A stretch of 64,000 nt of DNA from Vulcanimicrobiota bacterium (GTDB lineage Bacteria; Vulcanimicrobiota; Vulcanimicrobiia; Vulcanimicrobiales; Vulcanimicrobiaceae), in NCBI GenBank assembly GCA_963820825.1, contig CAWGBN010000006.1:384001-448000 (forward strand), written 5' to 3'. Numbering within the stretch: position 1 is the stretch's first letter; every line of letters begins with the position of its first letter. The notes beneath the pieces were generated by a model that was not told the origin of the DNA, searched no databases, and worked only from the letters and a program-made list of their open reading frames with translations. Shown here piece by piece: positions 1 through 8,386 of this stretch. The position numbers and the translations under genes are program-made.

Positions 1-517
1 CGAGCGCCTCCACGATCTGCAGGGCGTTGCCGCTGGTGACGCAGACGTCGGACTCGGCCTTGACCTCCGCCGACGTGTTCACGTAGGTGACGATCGGCGT
101 CCCGGGATACCGCTGCCGAAGCAGGCGGACGTCATCGGCGGCGATCGACTCGGCAAGCGAACACCCGGCCCGCAGGTCGGGGACCAGGACGGTCTTGGAT
201 GGGTTGACGAGCTTCGCGGTTTCGGCCATGAAGTGCACGCCGCAGAGCACGATAACGTCGGCGTCGGTCTGTGCCGCCTGCATCGCCAAAGCGAGCGAGT
301 CCCCGACGATATCGGCGACCGTGTAGAAGATCTCGGGTACCTGGTAGTTATGCGCCAGGATGACGGCGTTTCGCTCGCGTTTGAGGCGGTTGATCGCCGC
401 CACGTAGGGAGCGTGCAGCGGCCACTCGACCCGGGGAATCACGTGGCCGACGCGGTTGAAGATCGGTTCGGTCTCAGCCGCGACGCTCTCGGTGTAGGGT
501 AATTCGATGACGCCCAT
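1..517 (-). CDS. nadA: Quinolinate synthase NadA (3' part lies outside the window)
   Basis: Manual minus-strand translation from ATG at 517: [11 protein letters not shown]...[13 protein letters not shown]...VGDSLALA...[34 protein letters not shown]...[22 protein letters not shown]. These are the hallmark NadA motifs. It is absent from the ORF track because it runs off the edge. Confidence 0.95.
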   Translation of the reverse strand, partial: MGVIELPYTESVAAETEPIFNRVGHVIPRVEWPLHAPYVAAINRLKRERNAVILAHNYQVPEIFYTVADIVGDSLALAMQAAQTDADVIVLCGVHFMAETAKLVNPSKTVLVPDLRAGCSLAESIAADDVRLLRQRYPGTPIVTYVNTSAEVKAESDVCVTSGNALQIVEAL

Positions 518-697
518 GTGCCTGAAGGGGATTGCGGGCCTCGGCGCCGCTTCTCCCCTTTATTAATACCCGTTGCGCCGGCACGCGTTTGCGCCAAAGA
601 CCCCGGAGCCCGGGCGGGGCCGAGCGTTTAGGGGCGGCGACCGCGCGGGTACGAGGCGCTTAGGAGCAGAGTCCCAACGAAGGAGGAACCCATTTCA

Positions 698-856
698 ATG
701 AATCGATGGTTTATTGGCGTCGTTCTCGCCGGAGCGTGCATCGCGGGCGCGGCGACGACCCTCGCTGCGAATGCGCAACCGGTCATGACGCCCTCGCCGA
801 TGATGTCGCCGATGTCGTCGCCGTCCCCGACGCCTGCCTCGACGATGCGGCCATAA
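698..856 (+). CDS. Small secreted Met/Pro/Ser/Thr-rich protein (52 aa)
   Basis: Strong RBS AAGGAGG (680-686) and ATG at 698. Translation MNRWFIGVVLAGACIAGAATTLAANA|QPVMTPSPMMSPMSSPSPTPASTMRP*, with a Sec-type signal peptide and A-x-A cleavage site. Confidence 0.7.
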   Translation: MNRWFIGVVLAGACIAGAATTLAANAQPVMTPSPMMSPMSSPSPTPASTMRP

Positions 857-947
857 GGTTGCGCGCGGCTTGCGGCACGTCGTGTCGATAAGCCTGTGAG
901 TAACCAAAATTTCTTGTGGAGGCGTTGTGGACTCGAGGTTAAGCGTA

Positions 948-977
948 TTGAAAACCGATTATCGGTTTTGTTAGCAT
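948..977 (+). promoter_or_regulatory. Putative sigma70-type promoter overlapped by two palindromes
   Basis: TTGAAA (948-953), 18-nt spacer, extended -10 TG-n-TAGCAT (969-977) in an AT-rich patch. Palindromes AAAACCGAT-T-ATCGGTTTT (951-969) and TGTTAGCATGCTAACA (969-984). Confidence 0.55.
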
Positions 978-983
978 GCTAAC

Positions 984-1188
984 ACTTCGCCCAATGACGG
1001 AGTGCGGAACGTATCGAACCGCGGACGGCAGCACGTAGACGATCTGTCGCCACAAGCGACAAAATCCGAGTGAGGTCGTTCTAACACCGGATCGAAACGT
1101 CGGTGGGAGGCTGCAACGGCTTCAAACAGGCGAGAATGAACCGGCGGTACACCAAAGCCCGCAGCGTAGGTGCTGCGGGCTTTGTATG
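984..1188 (+). ncRNA. Candidate structured cis-regulatory leader RNA (riboswitch-like) or sRNA, family unrecognised
   Basis: Nested stems found by eye: 986-991/1129-1134, 1004-1007/1019-1022, 1028-1032/1110-1114, 1036-1045/1073-1083, 1045-1050/1056-1061, 1085-1089/1101-1105. Bounded by a promoter and a terminator, with no convincing ORF. Confidence 0.55.
1153..1188 (+). terminator. Intrinsic terminator-like hairpin immediately upstream of the OPT gene
   Basis: 13-bp perfect stem CAAAGCCCGCAGC (1153-1165) / GCTGCGGGCTTTG (1172-1184), 6-nt loop, ending in a T-rich stretch (TTTGTATGT). Confidence 0.7.
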
Positions 1189-1202
1189 TAAGAAACCGCT
1201 CT

Positions 1203-3161
1203 ATGGAAAGCCGAGCGGAGCTTACCCTTCGCGGGTTCGTTCTCGGTGCCGCGATCACGCTCGTCTTTACCGCGGCGAACGTCTACCTCGGGCTCAAGGT
1301 TGGGCTGACCTTCGCGTCGTCTATTCCGGCGGCGGTCATCTCCATGGCCGTCCTGCGGGCGTTCCGCAACGCGACGATCTACGAGAACAACATCGTGCAG
1401 ACCATCGCCTCGGCGGCCGGGACTCTTTCGGCAATCATCTTCGTTCTGCCGGGGCTGGTGATGATCGGCTGGTGGAGCGGATTTCCGTTCCTGCAGTCCT
1501 TCGCGATCTGTGCGATCGGCGGAACGCTCGGCGTGATGTATAGCGTGCCGCTGCGGCGCGCGCTCGTGACGGGCTCCGACCTTCCCTATCCCGAGGGCGT
1601 CGCGGCCGCCGAAGTGCTGAAGGTCGGCACCGGCGCGGGTTCGTCGACGGAGCGCAATCGAGCCGGGCTCCTGGCGTTGCTGGCCGGCACGATCGCCTCG
1701 GCCGCGTTTGCCGCAATCGTCGCAACGCGCCTCTTCATCGGCGAGCTCGCCGGCTATTTTCGAGCCGGCGCGGCGACGACCGGCGCCGGCTTCTCGCTAT
1801 CGCTCGCGCTCGTCGGCGCGGGACAACTCATCGGCATCACGGTCGGCACGGCGATCTTCGTCGGTCTCGTCATCGCATGGGGCATCGCAACGCCGCTTCT
1901 AACCGCGCTCCATCCGATGGCGGGCGACGCCGCCGGCGTTGCAACCGCGGTCTGGTCGCATCAGGTGCGCTTCATCGGCGCCGGCGCGATCGGCGTCGCG
2001 GCGCTCTGGTCGCTCGGACGGCTCGTGCGTCCGGTCGTGATGGGTGTCGCCTCGGCGCTCGCCGCGTCGCGCCGCCGTCGTGAATCTGCGGTAGAGCTGC
2101 CGCGAACGGAGCGCGATCTGCCGATCGGCATCGTCGCGCTCATCAGCATCGCCTGCCTCGTTCCGCTCGCGGTGCTCTTCTGGCTGTTCCTCGCAGGCGG
2201 ACGGCTCGCGCCGATCGCGGGAGCGTTGACCGTGGCGGGCGTTGCGTACGTCGTAGTCGCCGGTTTCTTCGTCGCGGCCGCGTGCGGATATATGGCGGGA
2301 CTCATCGGTTCGTCGAACAGCCCCGTCTCGGGCTTGGCGATTCTCTCGGTGATCGGCGCCGCGCTTCTCGTGCTGGCGATCGGAAGCGGACTCACGCACG
2401 TCGCCGCGCTGCCGATGATCGCCTATGCGCTCGTCGTTACCGCGGTGCTGCTCTGCGTCGCGACGATCTCGAACGACAACCTGCAAGATCTCAAGACCGG
2501 ACAGCTCGTCGATGCGACGCCGTGGCGGCAGCAAGTCGCGCTCGTCGCGGGCGTGGCGGTCGGTGCCGTCGTTATTCCGCCGATACTCGATCTCCTCAAC
2601 CGCGCCTACGGCTTCGCCGGCGCGGTCGTCGCCCATAGCGCCGTTGCGCAGCCGCTGCCCGCGCCGCAAGCGACCTTGATTTCCGCACTCGCCAAAGGCG
2701 TGATCGGCGGCGAGCTCGACTGGCGGCTGATCGGGGCCGGTGCGATCGTCGGCGCAATCATCGTCGCGATCGACGAGTTGCTTCGCACGCGCAAGCTGGC
2801 GCTGCCGCCGCTCGCCGTCGGCCTCGGCATCTATCTGCCGATCTCGACGACCGCGCCGGTCGTGCTCGGCGCGGTCCTCGGTTGGTGGTACAACCGCTGG
2901 GCGGCTCGCCAGCGGGATGCCGACCGCGCGAAACAGCTCGGCGTACTCATCGCCTCGGGCTTGATCGTCGGCGAGAGCCTCTTCGGCGTGCTGCTCGCGG
3001 CCTTGATCGTCTTTAGCGGAAAGGCCGAACCGCTCGGTATCGTCGGCGATGCGTTCACGCCGACGGCGACGGTGCTCGGCGCGCTCGCGTTCGTCATCGC
3101 GATCGGCGTGCTCTTTCAAACGGCGCGCTCGCTGATCCGCAAGACGCCGCAGTCCGCCTAG
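1203..3161 (+). CDS. OPT family oligopeptide transporter
   Basis: ELTLRG...FTAANVYLGLKVGLTFASSIPAAVIS, ENNIVQTIASA, LPYPEGVAAAEVL, SNDNLQDLKTG and LPAPQATL motifs; multi-pass hydrophobic. ATG 1203 is preferred over the track's start at 1170, which lies inside the terminator. Confidence 0.93.
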   Translation: MESRAELTLRGFVLGAAITLVFTAANVYLGLKVGLTFASSIPAAVISMAVLRAFRNATIYENNIVQTIASAAGTLSAIIFVLPGLVMIGWWSGFPFLQSFAICAIGGTLGVMYSVPLRRALVTGSDLPYPEGVAAAEVLKVGTGAGSSTERNRAGLLALLAGTIASAAFAAIVATRLFIGELAGYFRAGAATTGAGFSLSLALVGAGQLIGITVGTAIFVGLVIAWGIATPLLTALHPMAGDAAGVATAVWSHQVRFIGAGAIGVAALWSLGRLVRPVVMGVASALAASRRRRESAVELPRTERDLPIGIVALISIACLVPLAVLFWLFLAGGRLAPIAGALTVAGVAYVVVAGFFVAAACGYMAGLIGSSNSPVSGLAILSVIGAALLVLAIGSGLTHVAALPMIAYALVVTAVLLCVATISNDNLQDLKTGQLVDATPWRQQVALVAGVAVGAVVIPPILDLLNRAYGFAGAVVAHSAVAQPLPAPQATLISALAKGVIGGELDWRLIGAGAIVGAIIVAIDELLRTRKLALPPLAVGLGIYLPISTTAPVVLGAVLGWWYNRWAARQRDADRAKQLGVLIASGLIVGESLFGVLLAALIVFSGKAEPLGIVGDAFTPTATVLGALAFVIAIGVLFQTARSLIRKTPQSA

Positions 3162-3179
3162 ACCGCGGCCCGATCGGCG

Positions 3180-4574
3180 TCAATCATCGTCGAGCGGCTC
3201 GTCGGATGGCTTCTGATGCATGAAATACGACTTGCCGTGCTCGGATTGAATCGGTGAAAACGGAATCGGCTGCTGCGAGTAGTTGAAGCAGTCGATGAGG
3301 CTGTTGGCGTGGCGGTCCCCGTTCCCTAAGTAGCCGAGGTTCCAGTTCCGTTCGATATATTTGAGAATGCTGCGGAACTCGTATTGAGTCGACGAGATAT
3401 GTCCGGCTTTCGCGTAGGGCGAGACGATGATTGCCGGCACGCGGAAACCCAAGCTGCCGAATCCGTGCTGGGGTGGGTTGAGATTATCGTAGATGCCTCC
3501 CCAGTCGTCCCACGTGACGACGATCGCCGTTGAGTTCCAGTACGAGCTCTCGCCAATCGCGTTGACGATGCTCGCAACCCAGGACGGCCCGTCGTCCTTG
3601 TCGGCGCCCGGATGGTCCGAATTGTCGGCATCGGGTATGACCCACGAGACCGCGGGCAGCGAGCCGCTCGCAACGTCGTTGAAGATGTTCGTCTCCGGCG
3701 AGGAGATATTCGTCTTCCACTCCGGTCCGTAGCGCACCGGATAGATCATGTCGAAGGCATTAAAGAGCCGGCCGTTGACGCTGCAGCACGACGGCGGAAC
3801 GTAGTACTTCCACGAGAGGCCTTTGGCGTCGAGCAGATCGCGAATCGTCGGATAGTTCAGGGTAAAGTCGTTGGAGCACGGGAACGGTCCCTTGCCGAGC
3901 CGGAGCACGTCGTTCCGAGTAATCACGGCCGTGCGCGTGTTCGGCGGAGCGTCGCATCCCCAGTGGCACTTGTGCCCCGCACATCCCGGGAAGTTCACGA
4001 GCGCTTCGTTTGGCGCGATCGTCGTCCCGCCGGTGATGAGGTCCTGATGGCCGGAGAAGCCGCCGCTGCCCTGCGTGGCAAACATATGCTCGGCTAGTGC
4101 ATACTCCTTGGCCATATCCCAGTACGGCTTGATCTGCACCGGGTCGACGTACTGATACGGATACATGCACGCATGCGTATGGTCCTCGTGTACGATCCTA
4201 TCGAATCCGTCCATCTTTCCGCCGTCGCGCGCGGTTCGGAACGCCGAATAGTAGTGGTTGAAGCGCGTCGGGTCGATCAGTCCGGTCTCTCGCAGCCGTA
4301 CCGTCTCCGTCTTGGCGATGTGACACTTTGCATCTTTGGCCGCCCTGCCCGTCGTTACGCCGTCCGCGCCGGGAAACGTCGCGAAGAGGTTGTTGAACGT
4401 GCGGTTCTCTTGAACGATCAGCACGACGTGAGCAATAGGGGAGCTCGATGCAGTGGAGTCGAGAGCCGGCGTCGCGGGTAGCGAGCCGCGCAGTATGCCG
4501 TTGCCTCCGCAGCCGGTCAGCAATGCAACGGCGATACTCGCAATTGCGCCATGGGTACTGCCGAGGCTCCTCAC
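3180..4574 (-). CDS. Phosphoesterase / phospholipase C family lipoprotein
   Basis: Lipobox LLTGC; HVVLIVQENRTFNNLF, SDHP, VTWDDWGG.YD and GFRVPAIIVSPYAK motifs. Confidence 0.88.
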   Translation of the reverse strand: MRSLGSTHGAIASIAVALLTGCGGNGILRGSLPATPALDSTASSSPIAHVVLIVQENRTFNNLFATFPGADGVTTGRAAKDAKCHIAKTETVRLRETGLIDPTRFNHYYSAFRTARDGGKMDGFDRIVHEDHTHACMYPYQYVDPVQIKPYWDMAKEYALAEHMFATQGSGGFSGHQDLITGGTTIAPNEALVNFPGCAGHKCHWGCDAPPNTRTAVITRNDVLRLGKGPFPCSNDFTLNYPTIRDLLDAKGLSWKYYVPPSCCSVNGRLFNAFDMIYPVRYGPEWKTNISSPETNIFNDVASGSLPAVSWVIPDADNSDHPGADKDDGPSWVASIVNAIGESSYWNSTAIVVTWDDWGGIYDNLNPPQHGFGSLGFRVPAIIVSPYAKAGHISSTQYEFRSILKYIERNWNLGYLGNGDRHANSLIDCFNYSQQPIPFSPIQSEHGKSYFMHQKPSDEPLDDD

Positions 4575-4718
4575 ATCCGTATCCTTTCCGAGAGGTTACA
4601 GGGTCACCACGGTACTCGGCTGCCGTAGCCGGGCTAAGGATTCTGCGGCTCAAGGTTTCGGCGCCAACCGCCCTACTCTTCGCAGTCACAGGCCCCGGCG
4701 AGTAAGCGTTGGGTCTGC

Positions 4719-5459
4719 ATGAAGACGGCGTTGTACGGGCGTTTCGTCTTTGGCGCATCGGCGGTGCTCTTCGGCGTCATCGCGCTCATGTGGCACGACC
4801 CCGACACGTGGCAAAGCGTCAGCAGGCTCTGGCGACTGCCCTTCGGTTCGATCCTCGGCGAATGCCTGATGGTCGCCCTGATCGTGGGCGGAATCGGCGT
4901 GCTCTATCCGCGTACCGCGCGTACGGCGTCGATCGTGCTCGGCGTGGTCTATGCGATCTTCTCGCTTTCCTGCATTCCCGGGGTCGTCGCCGCGCCGACG
5001 ACCTACGTGCAGTATGGGAGCTTCTTCGAGCAGTTCTCCTTATTGTGCGGAGCGATTGCGGTGTACGCCGCGACGGAGCCGAATGCGGCACGAGCGGCAG
5101 CGACCGGGCGGCTGGCGCGCATCGGGCTTGGGCTCTGCGCGGTTTCATTCACGCTCGCGCAGATATTCTATCTGCATTTCACCGCGACGCTGGTTCCGGT
5201 ATGGATCCCGCCGAATCAAACCTTTTGGGCGATCCTGACGACCGTTGCATTTGGGCTGGCCGCGATCGCCATTCTCATCAACCGTCAGGCGCGGCTCGCG
5301 ATTCGTCTGATGACCCTGATGCTCGCGCTCTTCGGCATCATCGTTTGGGTGCCGCTGGTGATCGCGCATCCCGAATCGCACTCGAATTGGTCCGAGTTCG
5401 CGCTAAACTTCCTGATCGCGGGGGCCGCCTGGATGGTGGCCGAGTTGCGGTCCCTCTGA
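4719..5459 (+). CDS. DoxX-like integral membrane protein with an internal duplication
   Basis: About 8 hydrophobic helices in two similar halves (GRFVFGASAVLFG / ARIGLGLCAVSF; LVPVWIPP..FWA). Confidence 0.65.
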   Translation: MKTALYGRFVFGASAVLFGVIALMWHDPDTWQSVSRLWRLPFGSILGECLMVALIVGGIGVLYPRTARTASIVLGVVYAIFSLSCIPGVVAAPTTYVQYGSFFEQFSLLCGAIAVYAATEPNAARAAATGRLARIGLGLCAVSFTLAQIFYLHFTATLVPVWIPPNQTFWAILTTVAFGLAAIAILINRQARLAIRLMTLMLALFGIIVWVPLVIAHPESHSNWSEFALNFLIAGAAWMVAELRSL

Positions 5460-5460
5460 A

Positions 5461-5934
5461 TCAATAAACGAGGCGCAACGATTGCGGCGCCTCGTGCTCG
5501 CTGATCTCCAGCAGCGTTACCGGCGTGCCTTTGTATTGCGTGTGCACGAGGCGCGCGACGAACGCGACGTCGGTTCCGGCAATGCGAAAGCGGGCCCAAC
5601 GAAGTCCATCGCACGGACGCGTGACCTCGTCTTCCTTGACGATGGTCGGCGAATACTTCGCGGCGTGGCCGATCTGAAAGAGACACGTACCGGGCCGAGT
5701 GCCGGGACGATCGTACATCAAGACGCTTCGCAAATCGGATTGCGTATTGCCGTCGGGGAACTTGAGGGCCGACGTCATTCGCACGATCGCCGTCTGGGGT
5801 CCGACGATCGTGGTGAGGCTGCCATCGGGATCGCCGAGCGCGACGGCCTTCTGAAAGTCCTGCGCCGAATGCGGCGCTTCCGTGCTGCACGCCGCCAGCA
5901 CGAGCGCGACGAAGATGGTATGAATGCGACGCAT
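5461..5934 (-). CDS. Hypothetical lipoprotein (157 aa)
   Basis: Real start is ATG 5934: MRRIHTIFVALVLAAC, with a lipobox. The upstream part of the 748-aa track ORF is an off-frame shadow of comEC. Confidence 0.7.
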   Translation of the reverse strand: MRRIHTIFVALVLAACSTEAPHSAQDFQKAVALGDPDGSLTTIVGPQTAIVRMTSALKFPDGNTQSDLRSVLMYDRPGTRPGTCLFQIGHAAKYSPTIVKEDEVTRPCDGLRWARFRIAGTDVAFVARLVHTQYKGTPVTLLEISEHEAPQSLRLVY

Positions 5935-6014
5935 GTCGTCGGACGTACGGTTGCAATCTGGCAATAACCTTGTACGCGAGCTATTGCCCGGGCGCGAAAG
6001 CTGGAGAAGAGTCG

Positions 6015-8324
6015 CTATTGCTGGTACATACTCGATACGGTCTCGCTGCGTCCATCGGAGATAATAGTAACGGCCGCGTTTTCGTCGGTGCGGTAGATCG
6101 TTGCGCCGGCGCGTTCGAGCGTAACGACGGTGGAGGGCGCCGGATGGCCGAACATATTGTGGCGCCCGACCGAGATGACCGCGTATCGCGGCTGCACGGC
6201 AGCGATAAACGCCGGCGTCGACGAGTAAGAAGAACCGTGATGGCCGACTTTGAGCACCGTGCAATGCAGATCGATCCCCTCCGCTAAGAAGCGCTCTTCT
6301 GCTGCGGCTCCGGCATCGCCGGTAAAGAACATGCAGAACGCGCCGTAGCGCAGCGTAAAGGCGAGGGAGTTTTCGTTGATGTCGTTGCGCGAGTTGCTGA
6401 TGAAGGGCAGCGACGGCCCGAGGAAGCGCAGTGCAATGCCGTCGTCCGTCTGCCAACTCGTGCCGGCGCGCGGATAGACGACCGGAACGGTCTCGCTCCG
6501 CGCCGTCGCAAGCGCATCCTGATAGGCATGTCCGGCATACCGTTGGCCGCCGTCGGCGAACGCGGCAACGCGCAGCCGTCGCAGCACCGGCGCGACGCCG
6601 CCCGCATGATCGCCGTGCGGATGGGAGAGAATGACGGCATCGAGCGAATGGATGCCGTGACGCAGCAGAAACGGCACGACGGTGCGCTCGCCGACCGCCT
6701 CGGCGACCGAACCGCCGGACTGAACGTTTCGTTCGAGACGGCCGCCCGCGTCGACGAGCACCGCGTGACCCCGCGGCGTCTGCACGACGATCGCATCGGC
6801 TTGCCCGACGTCGAGCACCGTAATTCGAAGGCGAGCGTCGAACGGTCGCGGCGGCCACAGCACGTACGACGTCGCAAGCGCGATAGCGGTGATCGCGAGC
6901 GTCGAAGCCCCGCGCCGCCAGAGCAGCGGAGCCGCGAGTAGCGCGGCGTCGTAGGCCGCCACGCACCACGGTGGCGGCGGGGTCATCGGAATCGCCGCGC
7001 CGGGCAGCGCGCTTATTGCGCGAACGACGGCGAGCATCCAGGCCAGCAGCCATGAGTTGAGATTGGCAAGGCCGGCGGCGAGCGGAGCGCACCATGCGAG
7101 CGCGAGCTGTGCGGCGCCGAGCGCCATCGTAGCCGCGACGCAGGGCACGACGGCGAAGTTCGCCGCAATCGCATACGGCGTGAACTGCAGAAAGACCGCG
7201 GCTCCCAACGGCCAGACGCCGATCTGCGTCGCGAGCGACAACACCAGCGCCTCGCGAATGCGATCGGGCAGGGCGAGACGCGCTTCGATCCAGCGTTCGA
7301 TCGGCGCGGCGCAGGCAAAGATCGCGCCGACGCACGAGAACGAGAGCGCGAACGAGGCGGTAGCAACGCTCATCGGCCGAGCGAAGCAGAGAACGAGCGC
7401 CGCGATCGCGAGCGCGTTCCACGAAAACGTTGCGCGACCGCACGCGCGCGCGGCAAGTGCCGCGGTCGCCATCGTTGCGGCGCGCATCGCCGGCAACTGC
7501 GCGCCGCTCCACCAAACGAAGAGCCACATCAACGCGACGGCTGCGAGGCAAGTCGCCCAACGCGGCAGCGCAAGCGCGGTGAGCAGCAACGCGCAGAGCG
7601 CGGCAACGGCGCCGAGATGCAGCCCCGCCGTTACCAAGACGTGCACCGTTCCGGTCTCTTGAAACTCCGCACGTAAGTCGGGCGGAAGGGCGGAGCGTTC
7701 GCCCCAAAGCTCACCGGCGAGCACCGACGCGGCCGGTTCGCCAAGTCCGTCGCGAAGCTGCGCCTGCGCCCAGGCGTGTGCGCGTGCGAGCGCGACGCGC
7801 GCGTCCCACGCACTCGTATCGCTCGCGCGTAGGATGCTCGCGGCGTCGAGCCGTCCGTCGAGGCCGCGCTCGCGCTCGATCTCCCGTTCGCTCGGCTCGT
7901 CGGGATTGCGCGCGTCGTCGAAGGGCTCGAGCCGCCCACGTACGACGACGCGCGTTCCGGCGGCTGGCGGCGCCGCGCGCACGCGCGCGAGCACGTGCAG
8001 CCCGTTATCGAGGGCGAGGGTAAGCGTCGCCGATCCGTCGTCCGCGCTCGAAGCGTCGAGCATCGTTGCGTCATACCGCGCGGTGCGCTCTTCGACGACG
8101 TTGCGGTTGAAGCGTTCGTGCAGCGCGGCATTCGCGGCCGCCGCGATCAGGACGACCGTCAAGGTCGGGACGAGCGGTGCGGGTAAGCGGCGCGAGAGGA
8201 CCCCGGCGCAGATCGCGCCGGCGACGAGGGCGGTGACGAGGCGCAGGTCGGGTCCGAGCGGCATTGTGGCCAGCGTTCCGAGTACTGCCGCGACCGCGCA
8301 GAGAAGAAGCGTGAACGAGGGCAT
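6015..8324 (-). CDS. comEC: DNA internalization competence protein ComEC/Rec2
   Basis: Competence domain TGTVHVLVTAGLHLG, followed by a metallo-beta-lactamase domain (VLDVGQADA, SHPHGDHAGG, NENSL, FTGDA, LKVGHHGS, ISVGRHNMFGHP). Confidence 0.93.
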   Translation of the reverse strand: MPSFTLLLCAVAAVLGTLATMPLGPDLRLVTALVAGAICAGVLSRRLPAPLVPTLTVVLIAAAANAALHERFNRNVVEERTARYDATMLDASSADDGSATLTLALDNGLHVLARVRAAPPAAGTRVVVRGRLEPFDDARNPDEPSEREIERERGLDGRLDAASILRASDTSAWDARVALARAHAWAQAQLRDGLGEPAASVLAGELWGERSALPPDLRAEFQETGTVHVLVTAGLHLGAVAALCALLLTALALPRWATCLAAVALMWLFVWWSGAQLPAMRAATMATAALAARACGRATFSWNALAIAALVLCFARPMSVATASFALSFSCVGAIFACAAPIERWIEARLALPDRIREALVLSLATQIGVWPLGAAVFLQFTPYAIAANFAVVPCVAATMALGAAQLALAWCAPLAAGLANLNSWLLAWMLAVVRAISALPGAAIPMTPPPPWCVAAYDAALLAAPLLWRRGASTLAITAIALATSYVLWPPRPFDARLRITVLDVGQADAIVVQTPRGHAVLVDAGGRLERNVQSGGSVAEAVGERTVVPFLLRHGIHSLDAVILSHPHGDHAGGVAPVLRRLRVAAFADGGQRYAGHAYQDALATARSETVPVVYPRAGTSWQTDDGIALRFLGPSLPFISNSRNDINENSLAFTLRYGAFCMFFTGDAGAAAEERFLAEGIDLHCTVLKVGHHGSSYSSTPAFIAAVQPRYAVISVGRHNMFGHPAPSTVVTLERAGATIYRTDENAAVTIISDGRSETVSSMYQQ

Positions 8325-8386
8325 TGCCGTTCTCCTGCGACGAGCCGGCACGCCGTCCAGAGTCGACGTTGCCGGAAAGGATCGCA

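Noticed and set aside
994..1038. 14-codon leader peptide MTECGTYRTADGST*
   Set aside because: No RBS and no run of regulatory codons; better explained as part of the structured RNA.
1105..1150. Possible tRNA-Sec (selC), because of CTTCAAA (UCA anticodon loop) and selA/selB in the window
   Set aside because: The flanks ACGG/CAGG do not form an anticodon stem, and there is no T-arm GTTCRA, acceptor stem or CCA.
1138..1165. FMN riboswitch or T-box similarity (ACCGGCGGTA...AAAGCCCGC; GGCGGTAC)
   Set aside because: The other FMN blocks (GGGCGGGGTGAAATTCCC, CCGAC...AGTCCGGATG) are absent. The T-box needs UGGN-ACC plus Stem I motifs, which are not seen.
4610..4640. c-di-GMP-I riboswitch-like 3' end (minus strand CTACGGCAGCCGAGTACCG) upstream of the phosphoesterase gene
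   Set aside because: Lacks the GGCAAA...GAAA P1 and the GCAAAG junction; only a simple hairpin.
5935..7707. N-terminal 590 aa of the 748-aa track ORF 5461..7707
   Set aside because: Arg/Ala-rich off-frame shadow overlapping comEC; the real gene starts at 5934.
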